From the IMG/VR virus record IMGVR_UViG_3300009601_000004, positions 1-64,000 of that record: DNA of 64,000 nt; one strand, 5' to 3'. The DNA is from a virus. Shown piece after piece: positions 46,647 to 55,780 of this stretch (positions within the stretch are counted from its first letter, which is position 1; every line of letters starts with the position of its first letter). The position numbers and the translations under genes are program-made. A model generated the notes under the pieces. The model was not told the origin of the DNA, did not search any database, and saw nothing but the letters and a program-made list of their open reading frames with translations.

Positions 46647-48778
46647 AACAACGACTCCCAGAGATCCATCTCTTCGTCTGCAGCCGGCACCAATGCGGTG
46701 GATTCGCGGATGGCCTCGAACAGTTTTTCTTGCGATTCTGCGTCTGTGCCGCGCATGGTGTCCCGCACTTCTGCCAGCGAGCTGTTGCCCGTCGTAAGCG
46801 AGATGTCGGGTACCTTGTCGATGAGGACAGAAGCCCGCCGGTCATCCACTGTGCCGTCCGCAACGAGTATGACCACTTGGCAAGGGCGTTTCATACCTAG
46901 CCGCTGGACGCGTCTCATCCACTGGTCGAGGTCACCGGGGCTCCACGGCAAATAAACGATGCAAAGCAGGTCACTGTCCTGCAGGTCGAGCCCGGTACCC
47001 CACGCCTGCCCGGTAGCGACGAGGACTGTAGGCCCTGCGTCCGCCATGTAGGCGTCCTGCATGGCTTGCCGTTCATGGCCTTCGAGCACCTCAAACCCGC
47101 CCGCACGGACGCGACGCAGCCGTTGCGCGGGTGTCTCTAAGACGAGCTTGCCAGCCTTGTTGGTGACATGCTGGCGCTCTGTGTTCGCTAGGGCACGGAC
47201 ACCGCAGAGCAATCGAGCCCGTGCTAGCGGGGCGCCCGACTTATTGCCCGCACGCTCTAGTGCGTCGTACAGTTCCCAACAGTCCGCGTGCCGTCCCGTG
47301 AAGATGACGCACTTCCCTTTGATCTCGGTCGCGTCACGCGTTGGGATTTTGCCTTGGGCCTCTACTTCCTTGTCTAGCGCGACCCTACGGCCCACGTAGT
47401 CTTCGATGAGGCCGATGGTGGCGCTGCGCTTGCGTGCGGCGGCTTCCTGCCCCTCCACTTCCGCGAGTAGTCCACGGGCACTGCGGTCCCCCTTGCCGGC
47501 TTCGCGCGCTAGGCGGCGCATCTCGGTGCGAAAGTACGGGTCGGTCTTGTCCTGCGTCCTGCGGCTCACACGCATGACCGACAGGCGGCGCGGTGGTAGC
47601 TGGGCGTCGACCACATCTTGGGGCACGGTCGCCACAATGTAGGACTTGCGGACCAGAAACTCCTCAGTGTTTTCCGTCCCCTTGACTTCCCAGCCAAAGT
47701 CTCCCGCCTGCGCACCACAGTAGCGCCCGTCTGACCGACCGCTTGTCTCTTCCCACCCGTTCGAGCACAGGGAGAGCTGGCCCCACCAGTCCTGTCGGCG
47801 GTCAGGCTGTGGAGTGCCCGTCATCACCAGCCGTCTTGGTGTGGTCAGAGACAGCGCGTAAGCGGCGTAGGTGCGCGTGCGCCGCCTCGGAAACTTCTGG
47901 GAGCTGTTCAGCTTACGGACGTGGTCCCAGCGCTTGTGCGACTTGGCAAAGTGCGACTCGTCGAACACGATGCTAGACCATTTGATCTTTTCGAGCGCAT
48001 CGAGGACGTGCAACAGCGTGTCCCAGCCTACGACAATGTGAGGGCGCCCGTTGGCGTAGGATTCGAAGGCCGGGTCGTACTCGCAGAAGTCGAGGTATTC
48101 GGCGAGCAGATCATCGAGTGGGACACGCTTACCGTCGCGTACTGGTGCGTGGCTTGCCGAAGGTAGCTCGCAGGGTCGCACACGGGAAAACTGGGCAATG
48201 GCCCTGGCGTACTGCGTTGTGACGCTGTTCTTCGTGACGTGCAAGACGGGACCGGGCGGACCCAGCTCGGCAAACACGGTCGCGCTCACTGTCTTACCAC
48301 CACCTGGTGGGACTTCCCACATCCCACCGCCACGCTCCAAGGCGAACCAGACGATGTAGCGCTGGAAGGGCGTAAGCACAAAGGGCCCACCGGGGCGCAC
48401 AAGCCAGTTACGCAGGTGGCCATTACGCGTGATTGTCTCAACTAGCGCGGCTTCAGCCTCGTCGCCGTAGGGTCGAGGGTGGTGGATGTTGTCGGGTTCT
48501 TTCACCTTGTACGGCAGCTGCCACGCGTCGAGCGTCCGTTGGACAATCCAAGCGCTATCGTAGCTAGGACCGTACCAAGTGCCTGTCTTCTTTGCGTGAA
48601 TGCCAGGGACCACGCGTAGGCTCTGGTAGACGTTGTCCAGCACTTGTTGCAGCGGGTACATCTTGCCGTCGCTCGCAGCGACCGGCCAACATCCCCCGTG
48701 GGGTCTGCAGATTACCCGGAGGGCTCGCATGTCGAGGGTGTAGCTGTACCGGGCATGGAGAGAGGATAGTGCGCTCAT
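46643..48778 (-). CDS. SNF2-like superfamily 2 helicase
   Basis: PPGGGKT, VFDESH, MTGTP, GTGLDLQ, QWMRRVQRLG. Confidence 0.9.
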   Translation of the reverse strand: MSALSSLHARYSYTLDMRALRVICRPHGGCWPVAASDGKMYPLQQVLDNVYQSLRVVPGIHAKKTGTWYGPSYDSAWIVQRTLDAWQLPYKVKEPDNIHHPRPYGDEAEAALVETITRNGHLRNWLVRPGGPFVLTPFQRYIVWFALERGGGMWEVPPGGGKTVSATVFAELGPPGPVLHVTKNSVTTQYARAIAQFSRVRPCELPSASHAPVRDGKRVPLDDLLAEYLDFCEYDPAFESYANGRPHIVVGWDTLLHVLDALEKIKWSSIVFDESHFAKSHKRWDHVRKLNSSQKFPRRRTRTYAAYALSLTTPRRLVMTGTPQPDRRQDWWGQLSLCSNGWEETSGRSDGRYCGAQAGDFGWEVKGTENTEEFLVRKSYIVATVPQDVVDAQLPPRRLSVMRVSRRTQDKTDPYFRTEMRRLAREAGKGDRSARGLLAEVEGQEAAARKRSATIGLIEDYVGRRVALDKEVEAQGKIPTRDATEIKGKCVIFTGRHADCWELYDALERAGNKSGAPLARARLLCGVRALANTERQHVTNKAGKLVLETPAQRLRRVRAGGFEVLEGHERQAMQDAYMADAGPTVLVATGQAWGTGLDLQDSDLLCIVYLPWSPGDLDQWMRRVQRLGMKRPCQVVILVADGTVDDRRASVLIDKVPDISLTTGNSSLAEVRDTMRGTDAESQEKLFEAIRESTALVPAADEEMDLWESLL

Positions 48779-50241
48779 TCGTAGGCCAGGGCGGCGGCTA
48801 TGGCACTTCCGTCGTGCTCTTGGCGGTCTTGCCCGGTGTCAGCTGCCAGCGCCGGCTCGGGTGCCACGGCTTGTGGTACAGGTGGCACGATCTGACCGTT
48901 CACGACGCCGACGACGCGGGGAGCGGCTGGGGGGACCAAGTCGCGCCTTGGCGTGATCAGCACAGTGTCCCCGAATTGTTCGCGCTTGATTTTGGCCTCA
49001 CATGCGTCGGCCTCTTCGATCGATGTGCTGTAGTGGTCGTGGGCGAGCCCTGGGACCTTTCGTACAAAGATGGCTTCCGACTGTGCCAAGTGGTCGAGAA
49101 TTTCCCGCGTGTGACGGAGCGACATCGCAGGGCGGCAGCGCCTCAGCACTTCGGGGAACGACCGAAGGCCCCCTTGTACGGCTTCGAGCACGGCGCGGCG
49201 TTCGCGGCCGTAACGGTCGGTGTCAATCGCGTTGAGTGTGGAGACCACGCTTGCCAAGTGTAGGTCGGCGAACGTCGTACCCCAGCCCATCGAGCGGTCG
49301 TCTATGTACCAAGGGCGGCCGTTGCTTTTGCTGGCGTTGCCGATGTCCGAGCTGATGGTCACCGCAGCTTTGAGCGCTACCGACATGGCACGAGCGTAGG
49401 TAGGACGGGTCCACTGGTCTCGGCTACCGGCGCCCATCGCTTCGAGGTTGCGGGCCCACGCCTCTACACGAGCCCTCGCCTTGTCGGTGAAGCCAAGGCA
49501 AGGGCCTACACGGTGGTCTAGTTTGCGCCGTAGTGCCTCTACAAGTGTGACCCGTGTGGGTTCATCCCAGGGGGGCAGGAAGGCCAGACGCGAGCGTTTA
49601 GCGTGGACTAGAATCCATCGAGACATGCCGCCGTCTGTCCAGTCGTGGATGCCCGTGTGCTTTTCAAGAACACCCAACGCGACGCAGGCGAGCAGAGAGA
49701 CGCGAGGCCGCTCGATGGTGATGACAGCGCCTTTGCTGCGCTTCTCAATGACGTTGCCGTCCCAGGTGCTAAGCAGCCCCTCACGCATGGAGGCCTTGTA
49801 GGAACCGGCAGTCGTGCCCGCCAAGAACTTCGCCCACTCCCCGTAAAACATGAACAGCTGCGGGCGCTCCCCTAGATCCTCCAGGAACTTTGCCTCCGAC
49901 TCGTAGCCGCCGACACTGCACAGGTCAGGCTCTACGTCGCGCAGCATCTTGTGCGCCAGGCTACCCGCCGTCGTCTTCCGGCTATCCCCAGCCTCTCCGA
50001 CCAACATGCACCAGATTGTGCAAGACATCCCACCGTAGACCGGAATCAGCACGTCTGGGTCGACGGTCGCCGACAACATAGCGAGCGCTGACGCCAGATG
50101 GAAAGCGACGGGTGCGTCTGTGACAGCGGAGGCCCAAGTAACGTACTTCTCTAAGAAGCCGCCTTTGGGCACCGCTTTGCGTGCGATGTTGTCAGGGACC
50201 AACCGTGTGCCTTCGTTGTGAGTTTCGCCGTGGACTGCCAA
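48775..50241 (-). CDS. DUF3987-like P-loop protein (primase-associated helicase type)
   Basis: DAPVAFH, MLVGEAGDSRKTT, GGMSRWI. Confidence 0.7.
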   Translation of the reverse strand: MAVHGETHNEGTRLVPDNIARKAVPKGGFLEKYVTWASAVTDAPVAFHLASALAMLSATVDPDVLIPVYGGMSCTIWCMLVGEAGDSRKTTAGSLAHKMLRDVEPDLCSVGGYESEAKFLEDLGERPQLFMFYGEWAKFLAGTTAGSYKASMREGLLSTWDGNVIEKRSKGAVITIERPRVSLLACVALGVLEKHTGIHDWTDGGMSRWILVHAKRSRLAFLPPWDEPTRVTLVEALRRKLDHRVGPCLGFTDKARARVEAWARNLEAMGAGSRDQWTRPTYARAMSVALKAAVTISSDIGNASKSNGRPWYIDDRSMGWGTTFADLHLASVVSTLNAIDTDRYGRERRAVLEAVQGGLRSFPEVLRRCRPAMSLRHTREILDHLAQSEAIFVRKVPGLAHDHYSTSIEEADACEAKIKREQFGDTVLITPRRDLVPPAAPRVVGVVNGQIVPPVPQAVAPEPALAADTGQDRQEHDGSAIAAALAYE

Positions 50242-50339
50242 GCTACCGGGGGGATCGACTCAACGCAAGGGACTAGCACCATCACGATCGTGTCGGTATA
50301 GTGCGCTACCCGCCGCTAACGCGGGGAAAGGAGATCTGC

Positions 50340-50720
50340 ATGGCGATACTCATTCCGGCCAACGGGCTTTGGACCCACACCAAGACGGGGCGCATTTACC
50401 GCGTCCTAGAGTGCAAGGCGCTCTACCAGTCTAGCGTTGCCGAAGCACTCGATGGCACAACGTCAGTGAGGTACCGCATGGCGCGACTCGATGAGCTGCT
50501 GTTGTGCTTCCCCCCCACTGGGTGGCCCACCGCCATCCGACCCGACGCCGTTGGTGTTGAAGGCCTCGACTTGGAATTTGACCGGCAGATAGATGAGTTC
50601 GTGGAAAAGTTTGCGCCCATGACTACCGCCGATCTAGCGCGCGTCATCTTAGCGGCTGGGACGCCCAGCGAGGGTCCAGAGAACCCACCAGACTTGGTAG
50701 GTGAGGAGAGCATCGGGTAG
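50340..50720 (+). CDS. DUF1653-like small protein
   Basis: AAGGAG RBS; GLWTHTKTGRIYRVL; upstream TAGCAC-N17-TATAGT. Confidence 0.6.
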   Translation: MAILIPANGLWTHTKTGRIYRVLECKALYQSSVAEALDGTTSVRYRMARLDELLLCFPPTGWPTAIRPDAVGVEGLDLEFDRQIDEFVEKFAPMTTADLARVILAAGTPSEGPENPPDLVGEESIG

Positions 50721-51347
50721 CGCCCGATGGAGCTGCGTACCGCCGTCCTGCAGGATGCCGAGACGCTTGCACAACACTTCGAGCTTGAACACCTTGGAGC
50801 CTGTTGGATGCGCGTCTCGCGCCATCTGGTACAGACAGTCCTCTGCCCATGGCACTTGGAAGTTTTCGACGTGTTGGAACGTCTTTTTGACCATGCGCTG
50901 GTCAAAAGACTTGTTGTAGGCGGCGACCGTCACGCCAGGTGGCCAGACGCCGCTCCACATACAGAAGTTGTACCAGGCTTCCCAGGGTGTGGGAGCGTGC
51001 CGTAGGTCTGTCAGCTCGATGTCGTTGCATTTGAACGCGTGGCGGCTACCCAAAGGTGCCACCTCTCCAGGGGGCGGCCACTGCACAAGGCTGTCAAATG
51101 TGGAGAGGATGGAGCCGTCTACGTCTACGGCGACCGCGCCCAGCTCGACAACCTCTGCCCATTCATTGTGGGGAAGTCCGCTTGTCTCGGTGTCCAAGAT
51201 GACAAAGGGGGGTAGCGGCATCTTGAGGCCGCGAAGGTCGTGTAGCAAGCCCACAGCCGTGGGGTTGTCTGGTATTTCAGGCAGTGTGACATACTGCACA
51301 CCTTTGGCTACCGGCGGCTGTCCTGCTAAATCACTGTGCTCAACCAT
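50649..51347 (-). CDS. DEDDh 3'-5' exonuclease (DnaQ-like)
   Basis: LDTETSG, AYNKSFD, HRALPDA. Confidence 0.9.
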   Translation of the reverse strand: MVEHSDLAGQPPVAKGVQYVTLPEIPDNPTAVGLLHDLRGLKMPLPPFVILDTETSGLPHNEWAEVVELGAVAVDVDGSILSTFDSLVQWPPPGEVAPLGSRHAFKCNDIELTDLRHAPTPWEAWYNFCMWSGVWPPGVTVAAYNKSFDQRMVKKTFQHVENFQVPWAEDCLYQMARDAHPTGSKVFKLEVLCKRLGILQDGGTQLHRALPDALLTYQVWWVLWTLAGRPSR

Positions 51348-51387
51348 GTGCTCTCCTACCCTAGACAAGCACCCTACCACGTCCAGA

Positions 51388-51396
51388 CGCTAGACT
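51388..51396 (+). promoter_or_regulatory. CGCTAGACT motif, putative late promoter
   Basis: Upstream of AGGAGG and ATG 51417. Confidence 0.5.
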
Positions 51397-51416
51397 GTAC
51401 GCAGGAGGTACCTTCA

Positions 51417-51869
51417 ATGGACCCAGTAGCAACCGATTCCAGTGCGCCGTATGTGACCACCGACACCGACATCGACACCGACACCGACAGTGGCACTGCT
51501 GGCGTGTCGGTCGTGATTGACCCCATACTACCGCCGGGTGCCTTTGACCCTACCGACCCGATGTTCACGGCTGTGGCGGTCATCGTCGCCATTACGGTCA
51601 CCGCCGCTGCCCGCAAGCTCAGCAAGGTTAAACCGGCACTGGCCTCGCTGATGTCTGCCATCACGCCACCGTTTGCGATACTGCTCGCCGTGTTTGCGCG
51701 GGCGGCTGCAGACATTGTCTGGGGTGTGCCCTTCAGCGCTGACGTGCTGGGGCAGGGCCTTTTTGCTGGGGTGGGCGCTGTCACTGGCCACACGTCGTGG
51801 TTGAGCTTTACCAAGCACTTCCCGGCCTTCATCTCACTGCTGTTCCGCAAGACGTCAGCCGATGAGTGA
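51417..51869 (+). CDS. Multi-pass membrane protein (holin-like)
   Basis: Three hydrophobic segments; (TD)n repeat near the N-terminus. Confidence 0.6.
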   Translation: MDPVATDSSAPYVTTDTDIDTDTDSGTAGVSVVIDPILPPGAFDPTDPMFTAVAVIVAITVTAAARKLSKVKPALASLMSAITPPFAILLAVFARAAADIVWGVPFSADVLGQGLFAGVGAVTGHTSWLSFTKHFPAFISLLFRKTSADE

Positions 51870-52533
51870 CCCTTTCGACGAGTACACCGAGTTCCTTGAC
51901 AGGCTCCCTCGGATGCCGACGAACCCTAGCCCAGCGGAACAAAGCCACTTTATGGCGGAAATGTGGCGGTCGGCGTCAGCTAACTCCATGGTGCTGGCTC
52001 GTGTCGTGCGTGAAAACACGCAGGCACACAAAGACGGTAGCTCGCTGTACCGTGAGCTACTGGAGGAGCGGCGGGAAGCTCTGCGGCGCCAGGCGGGCCG
52101 TACGGATCACAGCCAGGTCGCCGCCGACCTTTTGTCTGTAGGGCCCCCACCAGCACCGCCGATGAGCGCGCCGTTGTCCGTGCCCGTCCTGCCGTCTCTG
52201 ATGACCCAGCCAGCCCCGCTACCAGCCCCAGCTGTAGAGATTGTGGCCCCAGCGGCCAGCGCACCGGCAGGGCCGGTAGCCGTCGCCAAACACTGGTTAG
52301 ACCGACTAAGAGAACTGCCTCTACCCATTCAGCTTACCTCGCTTGTCCTGGGTCTTGGCTTCTTGGGCATCATCGTAGGATTCTTTCGTTTGGACATGCA
52401 GTACAAGGAAGCATCCATCCGAAGCAATTCCGCAGGTGCCACGGAATTGGTTTCACCTGTTGCGCCTGTTGCGCCTGTTGAAACATCGGAGATGTCGACG
52501 CGCGACGGAACTGGATCCACCAACCTAGACTAG
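51862..52533 (+). CDS. Single-pass membrane protein, Pro-rich
   Basis: LTSLVLGLGFLGIIVGFF; overlap coupling. Confidence 0.65.
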   Translation: MSDPFDEYTEFLDRLPRMPTNPSPAEQSHFMAEMWRSASANSMVLARVVRENTQAHKDGSSLYRELLEERREALRRQAGRTDHSQVAADLLSVGPPPAPPMSAPLSVPVLPSLMTQPAPLPAPAVEIVAPAASAPAGPVAVAKHWLDRLRELPLPIQLTSLVLGLGFLGIIVGFFRLDMQYKEASIRSNSAGATELVSPVAPVAPVETSEMSTRDGTGSTNLD

Positions 52534-52625
52534 ACAGTTTCCTAGTTTGATGCTGGACAGTTGCCGTTGAGTCCCTGCTTTTGTGTATCACGCCACCCGT
52601 AGGGACACGCCTATTATCGGCTGAA

Positions 52626-52646
52626 AACCAAGGTTAAACCTTGGTT
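52626..52646. repeat. Perfect palindrome AACCAAGGTT-A-AACCTTGGTT in an AT-rich intergenic region
   Basis: Read directly from the sequence; lies upstream of TTGCTT-N18-TAGGCT. Confidence 0.8.
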
Positions 52647-52760
52647 ATTAGCTAAAAACCATAATACTTGCTTATCGTCGGTGTGTAGTGTTAGGCTTTG
52701 CCTCGTGAGTCCCTGGGAAGAGACTTCACGTAGGCGAAACACACCAAGAAAGGCGAGAAC

Positions 52761-53801
52761 ATGGCGAAAGGGGTAGACCCTGACCTTCGGTCAGTGGACA
52801 AGAGTAGTGAAGAGAACACCGAAGGTGAGACCTCACCTGCTGCGAAGTACACCGAAGCTCTCAATGCGGGCGACGACCCACATCAGGACTTCGTCCTAGT
52901 GCCCAAGGCCACTCGGTCTAAGGGTATTGACTGGTGGAAGGAGTTGGGTCTTGTCGAAGACGGTCCACAAGCCTCGGATGACCGCTTCTTTGCCCCTCGG
53001 GCGCTGACAGGGCGCTACAGCAGCAGCGAGCCAGAGATGCAGCGTATGCCCCCAAAGGTGGGAAGCCGTCGCCATCTGCGTGAGCAGGACGCGTACGAAG
53101 CTCGCTTCAAGGCAGGGGAAGACTTCGTCGTAGCCGACGACGACCTCGCCAAGCTAGAGATGCGCATTGCAGCGACAACCCCGCTCGACCTCTTCAACAT
53201 TCTGCGGAAGGGTGTCGGCCTCAGCACGGTGGAGCGCAGCCGAGCGCTAAACCGCCGCCTTGGGGCTGTGGAACGCGGTACCGAGATGCACCGCCGCATC
53301 GCAGCCGGTGAAGACCCCACGGGTGTCGTTGCTGCCTTGGACGAAGCACGGAAGAGTGGTCAGTTCGTGGTCCTCGACGACTTTAGCCTGATGGTCCCAC
53401 CGCCGACACCCGAGCAACGCACAGTGGTCAATGACCTCTTGGCCCTTGTGAGCGCTGCTATTGCCCCCACTGACCTTGAGCCCTTCCCCGACGACGCCGA
53501 CAACTGGAAGCAGGGCCTTCCCACAGGCGAGGACACGGTTGTCGGCATTGACAACGGCAGCTCTAGTCACCAGATCATCACCCCTGCGCCCGTCGGCATC
53601 CAGTGTGGCAGCTGTGATGTCGCTTGGTACGCCGACTCGAACGGCATGGTGACCATGCAGGTGTCCCGTGGTGTCGCTCGCGTGATCACAGATGAGACCG
53701 TCCAAATCGCCCCTGCTGTGCTGCCCTACAACTGTGCTTGCCCTCATTGTGGCAGTGGCGCGCTCAACCCTGTGAAGACACTACCGGAGACCTCCCCATG
53801 A
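52761..53801 (+). CDS. Mosaic protein carrying isolated PolA and other enzyme motifs plus a C-terminal Zn ribbon
   Basis: TGRYSSSEPEMQRMP, VVADDDLAKLEMRIAA, RGTEMH, FVVLDD, VVGIDNG, CGSC...CPHCG. Confidence 0.7.
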   Translation: MAKGVDPDLRSVDKSSEENTEGETSPAAKYTEALNAGDDPHQDFVLVPKATRSKGIDWWKELGLVEDGPQASDDRFFAPRALTGRYSSSEPEMQRMPPKVGSRRHLREQDAYEARFKAGEDFVVADDDLAKLEMRIAATTPLDLFNILRKGVGLSTVERSRALNRRLGAVERGTEMHRRIAAGEDPTGVVAALDEARKSGQFVVLDDFSLMVPPPTPEQRTVVNDLLALVSAAIAPTDLEPFPDDADNWKQGLPTGEDTVVGIDNGSSSHQIITPAPVGIQCGSCDVAWYADSNGMVTMQVSRGVARVITDETVQIAPAVLPYNCACPHCGSGALNPVKTLPETSP

Positions 53802-54142
53802 GTAAGCGCATATTCCACGTCACTGCCCACGCCTACGCGGACACCGGTGGCTCTGACATCGAAGCCGATAGCGCTGATGCTGCCATGGAAATTTACGTTG
53901 AAATGGACGAAGCGTCACCGTCGGTCTGTCACCAGTGCTCAGAGGGTGTGCAGTTTGGCGACTTTTTCATGCACACCGTGCAGGAAGGTGGCAAGGAAGT
54001 GTACAACGACCTTCCTTCTGCTGGGGAACGTCGCGAGATTGTGGCGCTGTTGGGCGCTATTGAGGCGTCGGTTAGCGTAAATGGTACCTTAGAGCCGGCT
54101 GACATTGCGCTGCGTCTGCGGGGTATCCTCCATGGAGCGTAG
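53798..54142 (+). CDS. Hypothetical protein
   Basis: ATGA coupling; GGAG RBS. Confidence 0.65.
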   Translation: MSKRIFHVTAHAYADTGGSDIEADSADAAMEIYVEMDEASPSVCHQCSEGVQFGDFFMHTVQEGGKEVYNDLPSAGERREIVALLGAIEASVSVNGTLEPADIALRLRGILHGA

Positions 54143-55412
54143 TCGACAGCAGCAACGCCTGTTCATCACGGTGGGCAGTAACCACCTTGAGGACTTCATC
54201 GACAAGGTCGCAGCGGAGGCGGAGACGCTGCGCACATCACACGGCAAGGGTGCGGTTGCGTTGGTGTTCAACACTTTCGACACGCGCCGTGCCGTGTCCT
54301 GGGAACTGGGTGCAAGCCTACGCGATTACCTCCTGTACGCCGTGGACACGTTCATACTGCGCGATCAGGCAGAGGAGCCGGCCATTGCTGCGGTGCTCGT
54401 TGTGGGCCCTCCTACGTACGCGCGTTTGATGAAGGTGGACAGCCGGTTCACACAGGGGGCCAACCCCATGCGCGCACAGGTCACCTACATTGCTACGGCT
54501 CCTGACATGGAGGAGCTGCGCCGGAACCTAGCGTCGATCGACACAGCACTCAGTGAGGCAGCGGCCAACGCCGACAGGACCGCTAGTGCACTGCAGGTGT
54601 CGGAACGTCAGGCCGCCCTTGCTCTGCAGCACGAACAGGACCGCAAGGAAGCCGTAGAGCGCACAAAGCAGAGCTTGCGTGACTTAGGGGGCCAGTTCAG
54701 CATCGAGACCGTGGGCATGGATGACGTCCGAGACCCTACCAAAAATGCGGGTGCCGCTTCCGAGCTGTCACGCCTAGAGCTGACCCGACACATGGCGCTT
54801 GACGACGTGAACCACCGTGCGCAGATAGGCGCACTCGAAGACCTGCTAAACGAGATTGCGCGGGACTTGGGTACGAAGCCTGGAGACTTCCAAGCGCTGC
54901 GCTCTGCTATCCTCCAAACCCGCCTGGGGCGCAACGCACCTGAGTTGTGGGCTGCGTGGATGACAGGCACCGTAGATTTGATGGGGATGCAAGCACTACC
55001 CCGTGTCGGCCACATGGCACCCATCCACCACGCCGTGCGCGCCATGATGCAAGCGCATCAATCAGACTCGACAGACCGCAAAGTCACGCTCAAGGAGCAA
55101 GCCGTCTTAGAGGCTGCGGCACCTACCCTTGCGCTGATGGAGACGGCTACAGGCAACCTGCGTAAGCTGTTCAGTGAAGCGGCTGAACGTGCCGAAGAAC
55201 GCCGCCAGCAGGCCGCTGCGGGCACCGACACACCACAGGCCGTGGTCCAGGGTCTCGACGACTTGCTCGTCCGTGTGAAGGCCCTCGGTGTCCGCGACGA
55301 CATGACCGAAGGTGAGCAAAACGCCATGAACATCGTGGCATCTCATCTAAGCACGCTTCAGCGCACCGCTGAAGCTCTACTTCCCCCCATCAACATCCCG
55401 GCGGCTACATGA
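54132..55412 (+). CDS. Coiled-coil hypothetical protein
   Basis: Long ORF in the operon. Confidence 0.7.
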   Translation: MERSRQQQRLFITVGSNHLEDFIDKVAAEAETLRTSHGKGAVALVFNTFDTRRAVSWELGASLRDYLLYAVDTFILRDQAEEPAIAAVLVVGPPTYARLMKVDSRFTQGANPMRAQVTYIATAPDMEELRRNLASIDTALSEAAANADRTASALQVSERQAALALQHEQDRKEAVERTKQSLRDLGGQFSIETVGMDDVRDPTKNAGAASELSRLELTRHMALDDVNHRAQIGALEDLLNEIARDLGTKPGDFQALRSAILQTRLGRNAPELWAAWMTGTVDLMGMQALPRVGHMAPIHHAVRAMMQAHQSDSTDRKVTLKEQAVLEAAAPTLALMETATGNLRKLFSEAAERAEERRQQAAAGTDTPQAVVQGLDDLLVRVKALGVRDDMTEGEQNAMNIVASHLSTLQRTAEALLPPINIPAAT

Positions 55413-55780
55413 ACTACGACCACAGTCTGCACAAGTGCAACGAAGAGACCTGCCAAGTCTGCCGGGGTGGCCTCGCCTTCTGTGAGGTCTGTAGCGGCGG
55501 GGAAGGGAGTCTCCCAACGTCGTGCCCTGGCCGTACTATGACAAGTGAAGAGGGTGACGAGGTCTACGGGGCACGCCGCGACTGGGCAGTCATCGCAGGC
55601 CACCGTGTGGAGCTTGTACGTGCCCACTACCAAGACCCCTGGCAGGAGGCAGCACGGTCTGTGACGCAGCGTCTTGACCGCCCTAACGCGGCGCCTGTTG
55701 TCGACTCTGCCTCCGATGCGCAGCTAGGGTCATACGCTCGGACCTTCTCCTCCCTTACTGCGCGGACGGACAGAGCATGA
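55409..55780 (+). CDS. Cys-rich Zn-finger protein
   Basis: CQVC...CEVCSGGEGSLPTSCPG. Confidence 0.65.
   Translation: MNYDHSLHKCNEETCQVCRGGLAFCEVCSGGEGSLPTSCPGRTMTSEEGDEVYGARRDWAVIAGHRVELVRAHYQDPWQEAARSVTQRLDRPNAAPVVDSASDAQLGSYARTFSSLTARTDRA

Noticed and set aside
51417-52533. Complete lysis cassette
   Set aside because: No endolysin is recognisable; the holin call rests only on hydrophobicity.
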